This document shows, one piece after another, positions 30,687-40,181 of a stretch of DNA of 64,000 nucleotides (its first letter is position 1; each line of letters opens with the position of its first letter). A program made the position numbers and the translations under genes. The stretch comes from Longimicrobiales bacterium. Its GTDB lineage: Bacteria; Gemmatimonadota; Gemmatimonadetes; Longimicrobiales; Gaopeijiaceae. Under the pieces are notes generated by a model. That model saw only the letters and a list, made by a program, of their open reading frames with translations, was not told the origin of the DNA and searched no databases. Where the stretch lies: positions 2,528,001 through 2,592,000 of the forward strand of contig CBDBCF010000001.1 of NCBI GenBank assembly GCA_965202985.1, in the 5' to 3' direction.

Positions 30687-30791
30687 CCGCTCGCCTCCTA
30701 GCGTTCTGGGCGAGCAGGGGTTACCGTCCGTGGAAGCATGGGATGGAACCGGGAGCGTCCACACTGGGAGTGCGGAGTGTCGGGGCCATGA

Positions 30792-31985
30792 ATGAATGAA
30801 ATGAAGCTCACAACCGCGGATCGGCGGGTTCTGCCGGGAGCCCTTCGTCATCGTCGTAGACGGGCCGTCATAATCGCCAGCTCGTTGATCGGCCCGGCGT
30901 CCAAGACCGGGCCAAACACGATCTTGCTTTCCCTGGGGCTGGCCCTGCTTGCAGGCTGCGAGCCGGGCCAAGCCCCAGGGAAAGTGCCAGCCAGTACGGG
31001 GCTCGCAGACGTATTCGCCTTTGAGGGGATCGTGGAGCTTGGCGAAGACCCGGCGGACTCGATCGCTCAGCCCGGTGCCTTCGTGGAGCGCCGACGAGGC
31101 GGCTTCGTCTTGGCCGACCGGCTACTTCCGCGGATAAGGACGTACAGCGAAGACGGCCGGTTGGAAGCGGCGTTCGGACGATTCGGCGTTAGGGATCCTT
31201 GGAGCTTTGAGCGTGTTGGGGGCTTGGCCGAGACGGCCTCGGGGGGCATCGTCGCCGTGGAGTACACCAAGCAAAGGCTGTTGTACCTAACGGATGCACT
31301 GGAGCGGGACGCGCTCATTCCAGTGTCCGGGTATCCTCGGGACGTTGTTGCTCTTGGTCCGGACTTGCTGCTGGAGATGCGAGTGGACGAGTGGGAAGTG
31401 GTGGAGGCCGACCGGCTGCCGTTCTTTCATAGAGTGATCGGCGATCAAGTGGCCTGGAGCCGGTACAGCTTCCCGTACATTCCATCCGAGCGTCCGTACT
31501 GGGGCTCGTTTGCGGCTTTCCTCGGTACCACGGCAGGCGACTCGGTGTTTGCGACCACTAGCCTGGGCTACCCCGTGGTCGTCTACAACGGAGCGGGCGA
31601 TTCGGTGGGCACGATCGGTGCGCCCTCGACTTCGTTTCGCCCGATTCCGGTGCTCGAACTGGGTGCGTTGGTCGACCAAGGGCCGGGAGGCGGTCTTGCC
31701 GACTTCCTAGCTTCGTTCGACATGATCCACGGGATCGACGTGGTGGCGGACTCTTACTTGGTGGTGACGCTCGGTATCTTGGACCCGACCAAGTCTTTTC
31801 CGCCCTTCAAGTGGCTGAACACGTCGGTCGACGTGTACGACAGACACACGGGGGCCAAGCTGTACGAGGACGTGCCGTTGCCCGAAGGATCGGAGGTGCT
31901 GGGCGGCGGCCGATTCCTGTACCTGCTGACGAACAGAGAGGAGCCACCATGGAGAATCGCCAACTTGCGGCTACGCACGTCGTGA
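30792..31985 (+). CDS. 6-bladed beta-propeller lipoprotein (type A, copy 2), N-terminus fused to a remnant of the thioredoxin gene start
   Basis: Paralog of 28402..29499 with LLAGC lipobox; MKLTTADRRVLPG resembles MKPRTSGRRVLDG; alternative start TTG 30885. Confidence 0.7.
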   Translation: MNEMKLTTADRRVLPGALRHRRRRAVIIASSLIGPASKTGPNTILLSLGLALLAGCEPGQAPGKVPASTGLADVFAFEGIVELGEDPADSIAQPGAFVERRRGGFVLADRLLPRIRTYSEDGRLEAAFGRFGVRDPWSFERVGGLAETASGGIVAVEYTKQRLLYLTDALERDALIPVSGYPRDVVALGPDLLLEMRVDEWEVVEADRLPFFHRVIGDQVAWSRYSFPYIPSERPYWGSFAAFLGTTAGDSVFATTSLGYPVVVYNGAGDSVGTIGAPSTSFRPIPVLELGALVDQGPGGGLADFLASFDMIHGIDVVADSYLVVTLGILDPTKSFPPFKWLNTSVDVYDRHTGAKLYEDVPLPEGSEVLGGGRFLYLLTNREEPPWRIANLRLRTS

Positions 31986-33172
31986 CCATCATGACTCGGA
32001 CAGGTGCCGCTTGCCGGCGAGCGGCGAAGCGCTCGTGGTTGGCGGCTCCGCTGGTCGCCGCCCTGGTGGCGACATGCACGCAAGACGTTGTGGGGCCCGA
32101 CTCGGGCTTCGTCTCCGTGGACGTTGCGGACGCCGAGGAGTGGACGCTCGAAGGCAGCCCGCTATTCGTGCTGGGCGACGACGAGGCCGACCCGCTGAGC
32201 GGCGTGGTCGGCGGACTGCTGATGGACTCGGAACGAATCGTCGTGGCGGACCGAGGCAACTACCGGGTACTGGTGGTGGACGCCAAGGGCCGGACGGAGA
32301 GAGTCGTCGGAGGGCAGGGCGAGGGTCCGCTGGAATTCACGACGATGACCATGTTCGCGCGGTGGCCCGGCGACTCGGTGTTCGTCTACGATTCCCGGGC
32401 GAACCGGTATACCGTGTTCTCCGCCGCGACGGGCGAGGGTCGCAACACCACATTGCGCGGAACGGAAGTGGTGCCGGGCAACGCCCTGCCTGCTGGCGAC
32501 GGCGAGCTGTGGCTGATCGGAGGTTTGCGGATCATACCCGGAGATTTTCGCCCAGGTCGACAGCGGGTTCCGATCGAACTCTTTCGCTACGTCGACTCCG
32601 ACAGCATCCCGAAGGTCGCGGAGCTGGCTGGGCCGGAGGTGGTCTTCGGATCGGGCAGTGTCGGGTTCACGATGCCGCCGGTGCCCGTAGCGGCGGGAAC
32701 CTCGCTGTCCGCCAGCGACGACAGGCTGTTCGTCTCGGACGGCGAGCGTCCGGTGGTTACCGTCCTGGATCGGACAGGCGCGACCGTGGGAGAGATCGAA
32801 GTAGCCGGTTTGGATGTCGAAGTGACGGACGACCTGCGGGAGATGATCACGGACTCGCTGTACGCGAACGTCGCGCAAAACGAGGCGAGAATGCGGAGCC
32901 GCCTCGAGAAGGCGCCGATTCCGGCGCAGCTCGACGGATTCGGCTTGATCCGCTTGGCCGGAGACGGCACCCTGTGGGTCGCCGGCCGCGGTGCGTCCGG
33001 GCTGGAGAGGCGGACATGGGTGAACATAGCCCTCGACGGGCGGCGGCTCCGCCGGTTCGATCTGCCGCGCTCGGTCAGCGTTCTGGATGCTTCCGCCGAC
33101 CGACTCCTACTGCGCAGAACCGACGCCGTGGGCGTGGAACGGGTCGAACTGCACGCGATCTCGCGCCGCTGA
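31982..33172 (+). CDS. 6-bladed beta-propeller lipoprotein (type B, copy 2)
   Basis: Paralog of 29496..30686; GGQGEGPLEF. Confidence 0.75.
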   Translation: MTIMTRTGAACRRAAKRSWLAAPLVAALVATCTQDVVGPDSGFVSVDVADAEEWTLEGSPLFVLGDDEADPLSGVVGGLLMDSERIVVADRGNYRVLVVDAKGRTERVVGGQGEGPLEFTTMTMFARWPGDSVFVYDSRANRYTVFSAATGEGRNTTLRGTEVVPGNALPAGDGELWLIGGLRIIPGDFRPGRQRVPIELFRYVDSDSIPKVAELAGPEVVFGSGSVGFTMPPVPVAAGTSLSASDDRLFVSDGERPVVTVLDRTGATVGEIEVAGLDVEVTDDLREMITDSLYANVAQNEARMRSRLEKAPIPAQLDGFGLIRLAGDGTLWVAGRGASGLERRTWVNIALDGRRLRRFDLPRSVSVLDASADRLLLRRTDAVGVERVELHAISRR

Positions 33173-33197
33173 CCGCTTGCCGATAGTCGATCTCCCC

Positions 33198-34244
33198 ATG
33201 ACACCTTCGCCCACGCTCCCATCCGCCCTGCTGGCAGCGGCAATCGCCCTGTCTTGGTGGGCACCCCCCGCGTCCAGTCAGGAAGTCCAGCGGATCCAGC
33301 GCGCCGAAGGAGCGGACACTTGGTCGCTGCGACTCGAAGAAGTCCTCGCGGTCGGGTCGATGGAGGAGGGCGACGCGTTGTTCGGCCGCATCATGGACGT
33401 CGCCTGGGACGGCCGAGACCGGATTCTTGTCGCGGACGACTTGGGGCCGCACGTCAAGGTGTTCGAGTCGGACGGAACGTACGTCCGCACGATCGGGCGC
33501 GAAGGAGACGGCCCAGGGGAGTTTTCCTTGCCGTGGCAGATGGCCGTGGACGCGAGCGACTCGCTTTACGTGTGGGACGCCGCGCAGTCGCGCATCTCGG
33601 TCTTCTCGCCCGATCACGACTTCATCCGGAGCATTTTGGTCTCGCCGGCGTGGGTCGTCACCTCCATGGAGGTTCCGGCGCCCGATCGGATCGTCGTGGC
33701 CGCGTTCGCTCCCGGCGAGACGCTGCCCGTCAAGGTCCTGGACAAGGAAGGGGCCGTCCTACGCCAAGCGGGCAGAGCCATCGAACCGGCCGACTTGGCG
33801 GGACACGCCGGAAGCCTGCTCGGCGGGTCGCTGGCGCGAGTCGAAGGCGGCTACGCGTACACGAACAAGAGTCCGTGGGCCGTCACTTGGTTCGACCGCG
33901 ATCTGCGGATTGTGCGCACCTGCGTCGGCCCTTCGGAGTGGACGACCCCCCCGGGCGACGCGGTTCAGCGGACCGATCGAGGCGTGGGGCTCGCATGGAA
34001 CAGGTACGTCCACTCCGCGTCCATCGTGGGACTGCCGGGGGGCGTGGTGCTCAATACGATACTGGACCCGGCGGCCGACGTTCGCGTCCTGCACCTGGTG
34101 ACGCCGGATTGCGTGATCAAGTCGGAGATCAGGCTGGAACTTCCGGTCACGCCGACCCTGGCCAAGGGTGATCTGGTTGCGGCCGTGCGCAGCCTGGACT
34201 ACCACGAGGTGGTTCTGTACCGCGCCGCCACGGCCAGCCGCTAG
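33198..34244 (+). CDS. Secreted 6-bladed beta-propeller (NHL repeat) protein (type C)
   Basis: Signal peptide; VKVFESDGTYVRTIGREGDGPGEFSLP..LYVWD..RISVFSPD. Confidence 0.8.
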   Translation: MTPSPTLPSALLAAAIALSWWAPPASSQEVQRIQRAEGADTWSLRLEEVLAVGSMEEGDALFGRIMDVAWDGRDRILVADDLGPHVKVFESDGTYVRTIGREGDGPGEFSLPWQMAVDASDSLYVWDAAQSRISVFSPDHDFIRSILVSPAWVVTSMEVPAPDRIVVAAFAPGETLPVKVLDKEGAVLRQAGRAIEPADLAGHAGSLLGGSLARVEGGYAYTNKSPWAVTWFDRDLRIVRTCVGPSEWTTPPGDAVQRTDRGVGLAWNRYVHSASIVGLPGGVVLNTILDPAADVRVLHLVTPDCVIKSEIRLELPVTPTLAKGDLVAAVRSLDYHEVVLYRAATASR

Positions 34245-34292
34245 GCCGACCTCCGCCGGCGACCCCCGTCGCGCGCCCCCGCAGGGCGGACA

Positions 34293-34322
34293 TTGACGGA
34301 CGCCCCCTCGCGGTGCGATACT
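34293..34322 (+). promoter_or_regulatory. sigma70 promoter of the infC operon
   Basis: TTGACG, 18-bp spacer, TG-C-GATACT extended -10. Confidence 0.6.
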
Positions 34323-34382
34323 CCTTGACTGTACTTCTTCACCTTCCCCCCAACAGCGGCAGCCGCCGCGACACATCCCCGC

Positions 34383-34521
34383 AAGCAGAGGGCTGACCAC
34401 CTCTCACCCTGGTCGCCGAGCCGGCCGCCGGGTTCCGTTCAGCAGGTCCGGCGCCGGACAGCAGGCGCGCCGGGTCCGGTGGTCGCGAAGCCCGGCTTTC
34501 CCGTCCGGGCTTTCTTGCTTT
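34383..34521 (+). ncRNA. Putative L20-leader-like structured 5' UTR of infC-rpmI-rplT
   Basis: AAGCAGAGG..CCTCTCACC hairpin like the Firmicutes L20 leader 5' motif; loop GACCACC complementary to GGTGGTC (34478-34484); ends in a terminator-like hairpin. Confidence 0.5.
34488..34521 (+). terminator. Intrinsic terminator/attenuator upstream of infC
   Basis: AAGCCCGG-CTTTCCCGT-CCGGGCTT followed by TCTTGCTTT. Confidence 0.6.
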
Positions 34522-34570
34522 GCGGAGCGTTCGCGCCGGCGCACCCCAGCCGTGCAAGGAGAGAGCCAAG

Positions 34571-35089
34571 ATCGCAGAAAAACGTGTCCGGGTGAACGAA
34601 CAGATCAGGATCAGCCCCATCCGCCTCATCGCCGAGGGGGGCGGCCAGATCGGCATCGTCTCCCTGGACGACGCTCGTTCGCGGGCCTCGGAGCTGGGGC
34701 TGGACCTGGTCGAGGTCGCCCCCGATTCCCGGCCCCCCGTGGTCCGCATGATGGACTACGGCAAGTTCAAGTACAAGGCGGCTCGGGCCGCCCGGGAGGC
34801 GCGAAAGAAGCAGCACACGGTCCAGATCAAGGAGGTCAAGTTCCGGCCCGGAATCGAGGACCACGACTACGAGTTCAAGCTTCGCCACGCCCGCCGCTTC
34901 CTGGAAGAGGGGAACAAGGTCAAGCTCACGATGATGTTCCGCGGCCGGCAGGTCACGCACCCCGAACTGGGGCGGGAGGTCCTCCTGCGCGTGACCGGCG
35001 ACCTGAGCGACCACGCCAAGGTGGAGCAGTACCCCAACTTCGAGGGACGCCAGATGTCCATGATCCTGACGCCCATCAAGACCCAGTGA
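34571..35089 (+). CDS. infC: Translation initiation factor IF-3, predicted non-canonical ATC start
   Basis: [31 protein letters not shown] 9 nt before an in-frame ATC. Confidence 0.95.
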   Translation: MAEKRVRVNEQIRISPIRLIAEGGGQIGIVSLDDARSRASELGLDLVEVAPDSRPPVVRMMDYGKFKYKAARAAREARKKQHTVQIKEVKFRPGIEDHDYEFKLRHARRFLEEGNKVKLTMMFRGRQVTHPELGREVLLRVTGDLSDHAKVEQYPNFEGRQMSMILTPIKTQ

Positions 35090-35111
35090 CCGCAACGCCA
35101 AGGAGGAACCG

Positions 35112-35309
35112 ATGCCCAAGATGAAGACGAACCGGGGCGCCGCGAAGCGCTTCCGCAAGACGGGTTCCGGGAAGCTGGCCCGAAGGCGGGCCTACAAGTC
35201 CCACATCCTGACCAAGAAGAACAGGAAGCGGAAGCGACGTCTGGGCTCGGGCACGCTGGCCTCCAAGGCCGACGCCCGCCGCGTCCGCCGCATGCTTCCC
35301 GGCACGTAG
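35112..35309 (+). CDS. rpmI: 50S ribosomal protein L35
   Basis: [21 protein letters not shown]. Confidence 0.98.
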   Translation: MPKMKTNRGAAKRFRKTGSGKLARRRAYKSHILTKKNRKRKRRLGSGTLASKADARRVRRMLPGT

Positions 35310-35344
35310 ACTTCCCCCTGGAACGCTAGGAAGGAGATGAGTTC

Positions 35345-35734
35345 ATGCCGCGCTCCACACGCGCGCCCGCTCGCAACAAGCGCAAGAAGAAGATACTCCG
35401 CGCCGCCAAGGGGTACTTCGGCGGCCGCAAGAACCTGTACCGCACCGCCAAGGACGCCGTCGAAAAGGGCTGGGAGCACGCCTATCGGGACCGCAAGAAG
35501 AAGAAGCGAAACTTCCGGCGGCTCTGGATTACCCGAATCAACGCCGCCGCCCGGCAGCACGAGCTGTCCTACTCCCGCTTCATGAACGGGCTTCGCGTGG
35601 CCGGCGTGGAGCTGGACCGCAAGGCTCTGGCGGACTTGGCCGTGCGCAGTCCCGACGCCTTCGCGTCGCTGGCCGAGCAGGCCAAGGCGGCGCTGCGGAA
35701 CGGGGCCGCGTCCCGGGAGTCCAACGGCTCGTAG
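35345..35734 (+). CDS. rplT: 50S ribosomal protein L20
   Basis: [31 protein letters not shown]. Confidence 0.98.
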   Translation: MPRSTRAPARNKRKKKILRAAKGYFGGRKNLYRTAKDAVEKGWEHAYRDRKKKKRNFRRLWITRINAAARQHELSYSRFMNGLRVAGVELDRKALADLAVRSPDAFASLAEQAKAALRNGAASRESNGS

Positions 35735-35764
35735 CGCGCCCACAGGGCCCATGACGGGCGCGAC

Positions 35765-36772
35765 ATGCCCATGACGGGCGAATCCGTCCTCGAAGCGCTG
35801 CGCGCGCTGGAGGCGGAGGCCCTGGCCGCCGTGGCGGAGGCCGCCGACCCCCAAGCCGCGGAGCATGTCCGCATCGCGTACTTGGGCCGCAAGGACGGGC
35901 GCATCTCGGCGCTCCTGCGGGGCCTGGGCAAGCTGGACCCCAAGGAGCGCCCCGCGGCCGGCGCCGAAGCCAACCGGGTCAAGGCCGCCGTCGGCCAGGC
36001 CCTGGAGGGTCGGCTGGAGGAGCTGGCGCGCCGGGAAGATGCCGCTTCCCGCCCGCTCGTGGACCTGACGCTGCCGGCCCGGAGCCGATGGCGCGGCGCG
36101 GTCCATCCGGTCAGCCAAGTGGTCGCGGACATCTGGGCGATCTTCCGGGACCTGGGCTTCACCCGCGCCCGCGGCCCCGAGGTGGACGACGAGTGGCACA
36201 ACTTCGTCGCCCTCAACACGCCCCTGGACCACCCCGCCGCCGACGAGCAGGACACGCTGTACTTGGCGCCCGGCTTGCTGCTCCGCAGCCACACGTCGCC
36301 CGTGCAGGTGCGCACCATGAAGGCGCACCGGCCCCCGATCCGCATCGTCGCGCCGGGCATGGTCTACCGTCGGGACACCTACGACGCCACGCACACGCCC
36401 GCCTTCGCACAGATCGAGGGGCTGGTCGTGGACGAAGGCGTCACCTTCATGGACTTCAAGGCCACGCTGGCCGAGTTCGCCCGGCGCTTCTGGGGGCCGG
36501 GAACCCAAGTGCGCTTCCGCCCGTCGTTCTTTCCGTTCACGGAGCCGTCGGCGGAGGTGGACGTGAAGCGCCCCGGCGCCGACTGGCTCGAGATCATGGG
36601 CGCGGGCATGGTGGACCCCGCCGTGCTGGAGAACGTGGGCTGCGACCCCGAGCGCTACACCGGCTGGGCGTTCGGCATGGGACCGGCGCGGATCGCCATG
36701 CTGCGCTACGGCGTCAAGGACCTGCGCCTCTTCTACGAGAACGACATGCGCTTCCTGGAGCAGTTTGCTTGA
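35765..36772 (+). CDS. pheS: Phenylalanine--tRNA ligase alpha subunit
   Basis: LRSHTSPVQ, FRPSFFPFTEPSAEVD and GWAFGMG. Confidence 0.98.
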   Translation: MPMTGESVLEALRALEAEALAAVAEAADPQAAEHVRIAYLGRKDGRISALLRGLGKLDPKERPAAGAEANRVKAAVGQALEGRLEELARREDAASRPLVDLTLPARSRWRGAVHPVSQVVADIWAIFRDLGFTRARGPEVDDEWHNFVALNTPLDHPAADEQDTLYLAPGLLLRSHTSPVQVRTMKAHRPPIRIVAPGMVYRRDTYDATHTPAFAQIEGLVVDEGVTFMDFKATLAEFARRFWGPGTQVRFRPSFFPFTEPSAEVDVKRPGADWLEIMGAGMVDPAVLENVGCDPERYTGWAFGMGPARIAMLRYGVKDLRLFYENDMRFLEQFA

Positions 36773-36812
36773 GGCGGCGCGCGACAGGCGCCGGTTGCGC
36801 AGGGGCCGTCCC

Positions 36813-39293
36813 GTGAAGGTCTCCTGGCGCTGGTTGCAGGAGGTGGCGCCCGGGCTCGCCCCGACTCCGGAAGCGGCGGCGGAGCGGTTGGCGCTGCGCG
36901 GGGCGCCGGTCGAATCGCTGGACGACTTGGCGCAGGGCCTCGGGGACGTGGTGGTGGGGCGCGTTCTGGAGGTAGGGCCCCATCCCGACGCCGACCGCCT
37001 GTCGTTGTGCACGGTGGCCGGGCCGGCGGGCGAAGTCCCCGTGGTGTGCGGCGCGCCCGACGTGCGGGCCGGGGCGTGCTATCCCTTCGCGCCGGTGGGG
37101 GCCGTGCTGCCGGGCGGCTTCAAGATCGGGCGGCGCAAGATACGCGGCCGCACCAGCGCAGGGATGCTGTGCTCGGAGCGAGAGCTGGGCCTGGGTCCCG
37201 ACCACGAGGGGATCATGCTGCTGGAGGGGGACCACGAGCCGGGTGCGCCGTTCGCCGCCGCCGTGGGGCTGGACGACGCGCGCCTGGACGTGGAGGTCAC
37301 GCCCAACCGGGGCGACCTGCTGTGCCATGTGGGCGTTGCTCGGGAGCTGCATCCGAAGGGGTGCGCCGGGATCGTGCTGCCCTCGTTTCCGGGCCGGTCG
37401 GCGGGTGAGACCGCGTCGCAGGTGGCGGGAACGCCGTTCGCGCGGGGCGGGGCCGAGATCGCATCCGAGGCGGTCCGCGTCCGCATCGAAGAGCCCGAGT
37501 TGTGCTCGCGCTACTTGGCGGCGGCGATCCGGGGTGTCGTCGTGGGGCCGTCGCCTCCGTGGCTGGCGAACCGCCTCCGGGCGGCGGGCGCGCGTCCCGT
37601 CAACAACGTCGTGGACGCCACGAACTACGTCATGCTCGAGCTGGGACAGCCGCTGCACGCTTTCGACTTGGCCAAGCTGGCCGACGCGACCGTTGTGGTC
37701 GGTAGCGCCCGCCCCGGCGAGACGCTGGTGACGCTGGACGGCGAGCGCCGGCCGCTCGCGCCGGAGATGCTGACGATCCGAGACGCCGAGCAGCCCGTGG
37801 CCGTGGCGGGCGTCATGGGCGGCGCCAACTCGGAGGTGTCCGCCGACACGACCGACGTGTTGCTGGAGTGCGCGCTCTTCGAACCGCGACAGGTGCGGGC
37901 CGCGCGCCGGGCCTTGGGGATGTCCACCGAAGCTAGCTACCGCTTCGAGCGCGGCGTGGACCCCGAGACGATGGAGACGGCGGTGCTGCGGGCGGCGTCG
38001 CTGGTGCTGGCGGTGGCGGGAGGCGCCGTGGACGGCCCGGTGGTCGATGCGTGTCCGGCGCCGTGGACGCCCCCCGTCGTGACCGTGCGGCCTTCGCGGG
38101 TGGCGCGCGTGCTGGGCGTGTCGTTCTCGCCGGACGAGATCGCGGGGCTGCTGGAGCCGCTGGGGTATGCGGCGGCGGACCAGGACTGGACGGCAGGGGA
38201 GCCCGCGACGGCGGTCGAAGGCGCGGAGGCTGCGCTGGCGTTTCGCGTTCCCGGCCATCGCAGCTGCGACACGCTGCGGGAAGTGGACCTGATCGAGGAG
38301 GTGGCTCGCGTCCACGGCTACGACGCCTTCCCCGACGCGCTGGGATCCTATCGCCCCGGCTCGGTGCCCGACCACCCCTTGTTCCGCCTGGAGGACGACC
38401 TGCGGGCCGACCTGACGGCGGCCGGAATCAGCGAAGCCCAGACGCCGGCCCTGGGACCCGAGAGCGACGGCGACGTGCCCGTGCTGAACCCCGTCTCCGC
38501 GCAGGAAGGTTGGCTCCGGCGGGACCGCCTGTCCGGCCTGCTGCCCCATGTCGAGCGCAACATGTCCAGGGGCGTGGGCGACGTGCGGCTCTTCGAGTTC
38601 GGAACCGCGTTCGCGCCGGCGCCCGAGTCCGCGCCGCCGGTGGAGACTCCCCGCGTGGCCGTCGTGCTCACTGGACTTCGGGCGCCGACTCACTGGTCCG
38701 GGGCCGGCGAGACCTTCGACGTCTTCGACGCGGCGTGGGTCCTCGAGCGCATCGTCGCGCGGGCGCACCCCGGTGCTCGCGTGACGCCGGCCGACGCCGG
38801 AGACGATGCGGAGGCGGACCATCCCCACTTCGCGCCGGGCCGCTGGCATCGGGTGACCGACGACGAAGGCCGGGTCGTTGGCGCCGGCGGGGAAGTGCGC
38901 CGCGAGAGGTTGGACCTGCCGCCGTGGGCGGGCGTGGTCGTCGGCGCGGAAGTGGTCCTGCCCGAACTGCCCGATCCTCCCAGTCCGGCGGCGGCGGTGG
39001 AGCTGCCCGACCAGCCTTCCTCCAGCCGCGACGTGGCCATGCTGTTGCCGCAGGGTGTAGCGGCGGGCAAGGTGCTGGATGCCTTCCGGGCGGGCGGCGT
39101 CGCGGTCCTGGAAGACGTGGCGATCTTTGATCTGTACGAGGGGGCGGGCCTGCCCTCCGGGGCGCGTTCGGTCGGGTTCCGCTTGCGCTTTCGGGCTCGG
39201 GACCGAACCCTGACGGAGGCGGAAGTGGAACGTTCGTTCGGGCGATTGCTTCGCAAGGTGAAGGAGAAGACCGGTGTCGAACCGAGGGGCTGA
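36813..39293 (+). CDS. pheT: Phenylalanine--tRNA ligase beta subunit
   Basis: HPDADRL, VTPNRGD, NNVVDATNYVMLELGQPLHAFD and RFERGVD; GTG 36813 inferred. Confidence 0.97.
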   Translation: MKVSWRWLQEVAPGLAPTPEAAAERLALRGAPVESLDDLAQGLGDVVVGRVLEVGPHPDADRLSLCTVAGPAGEVPVVCGAPDVRAGACYPFAPVGAVLPGGFKIGRRKIRGRTSAGMLCSERELGLGPDHEGIMLLEGDHEPGAPFAAAVGLDDARLDVEVTPNRGDLLCHVGVARELHPKGCAGIVLPSFPGRSAGETASQVAGTPFARGGAEIASEAVRVRIEEPELCSRYLAAAIRGVVVGPSPPWLANRLRAAGARPVNNVVDATNYVMLELGQPLHAFDLAKLADATVVVGSARPGETLVTLDGERRPLAPEMLTIRDAEQPVAVAGVMGGANSEVSADTTDVLLECALFEPRQVRAARRALGMSTEASYRFERGVDPETMETAVLRAASLVLAVAGGAVDGPVVDACPAPWTPPVVTVRPSRVARVLGVSFSPDEIAGLLEPLGYAAADQDWTAGEPATAVEGAEAALAFRVPGHRSCDTLREVDLIEEVARVHGYDAFPDALGSYRPGSVPDHPLFRLEDDLRADLTAAGISEAQTPALGPESDGDVPVLNPVSAQEGWLRRDRLSGLLPHVERNMSRGVGDVRLFEFGTAFAPAPESAPPVETPRVAVVLTGLRAPTHWSGAGETFDVFDAAWVLERIVARAHPGARVTPADAGDDAEADHPHFAPGRWHRVTDDEGRVVGAGGEVRRERLDLPPWAGVVVGAEVVLPELPDPPSPAAAVELPDQPSSSRDVAMLLPQGVAAGKVLDAFRAGGVAVLEDVAIFDLYEGAGLPSGARSVGFRLRFRARDRTLTEAEVERSFGRLLRKVKEKTGVEPRG

Positions 39294-39588
39294 CGACCCG
39301 GCCCCCGCCAGCGGGCCGGAGATGGAGACGCTGGAGGCGGCCGTGGACCGGGCTGTCGCCGAGCTGCGGACCGCGCGCAAGCGGGCCAGCGAGGCGGAGG
39401 AACGCGCCGACCGCGGCGACGAGCTGCTCCGCGAGTTCGTGGACGGCAAGCAGGACCCGGCCGCGCTGTCGCGGAAGGTGGCCGAGCTTGAAGCCGAGAA
39501 CGAGGCGTTGCGGTCCCGCATCCGTCAGGGGCGGCAAGGGGTCGACCAGATTCTGGCGCGCATCCGCTTCTTGGAGGACCGACGATGA
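39274..39588 (+). CDS. Coiled-coil protein (ZapB-like)
   Basis: Short coiled coil between pheT and zapA, a conserved position. Confidence 0.55.
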   Translation: MSNRGADDPAPASGPEMETLEAAVDRAVAELRTARKRASEAEERADRGDELLREFVDGKQDPAALSRKVAELEAENEALRSRIRQGRQGVDQILARIRFLEDRR

Positions 39589-40172
39589 CCGCTTCGGACG
39601 GCGACGCCCGCAATACCGTGCGCGTGACGATCGCCGGCGAGGACTACACGATCCGTACCGAAGCCGACGAGGACTACACGCGGCGATGCGCAACCCTGGT
39701 CGATCAGCGGATGAAGGCGATCGCCGGCGAAGGCACCGCCGGGGCCGCCCAGACGCGGGCCGCGATCATGGCCGCCCTGTCTATCGCCGACGACCTGTTC
39801 CAGCAAAAGGCCCGCACTCGCCAGCGGGCGCAGGAGCTGGCCAAGCGCGTGGAGGAGGCGTTGCAAGAGGACGGTGCGACGGGAGGCTCGGGGGGAGCGA
39901 ACGACTCGAAGGGAGGCCTGGGAGCGAAGGGCGACGCGACGGGAGCTCCGAGCGTGCGGGGCGACTCGCCAGGAGCCCACGGCGCAAGGGACGACATGGC
40001 GACTGCCCCGTCGGCCGCCGAGTCGAACGACTTTGTCGCAGGCGACCTTTCCCCGTCGAACGCCGCCGAGTCCGGCTTTGCCGCAGGCGACTTTGTCCCC
40101 GCGGACGCTGCCGAGTCGGACGACTTCGCCCAAAGCGACTTCGTCCCGCCGGACGCCCCGCCCGAGGACTGA
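39585..40172 (+). CDS. zapA: Cell division protein ZapA with an ~100-aa low-complexity C-terminal extension
   Basis: VRVTIAGEDYTI..VDQRM..AAIMAALSIADDLF. Confidence 0.85.
   Translation: MTASDGDARNTVRVTIAGEDYTIRTEADEDYTRRCATLVDQRMKAIAGEGTAGAAQTRAAIMAALSIADDLFQQKARTRQRAQELAKRVEEALQEDGATGGSGGANDSKGGLGAKGDATGAPSVRGDSPGAHGARDDMATAPSAAESNDFVAGDLSPSNAAESGFAAGDFVPADAAESDDFAQSDFVPPDAPPED
39876..40160 (+). repeat. Degenerate tandem repeats in the zapA extension (~27-bp x4, then ~45-48-bp x3)
   Basis: GCGAC..GGAG units, then GCCGAGTC..GACTT..GCGACTT units encoding AAES-x-F-x-GDF. Confidence 0.55.
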
Positions 40173-40181
40173 CTCCCCACC

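Larger units (their letters stand above)
27439..33182 (+). repeat. Diverged tandem duplication: unit 1 ~27439-30695, unit 2 ~30696-33182 with an internal deletion
   Basis: Both units start TCCT(T/A)GCGTTCTGG, share GGGAGCGTCCACAC..GCGGAGTGTC.GGGCCATGAA and both propeller genes, and end CGCGCCGCTGACCGCT.GCC. Confidence 0.9.
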
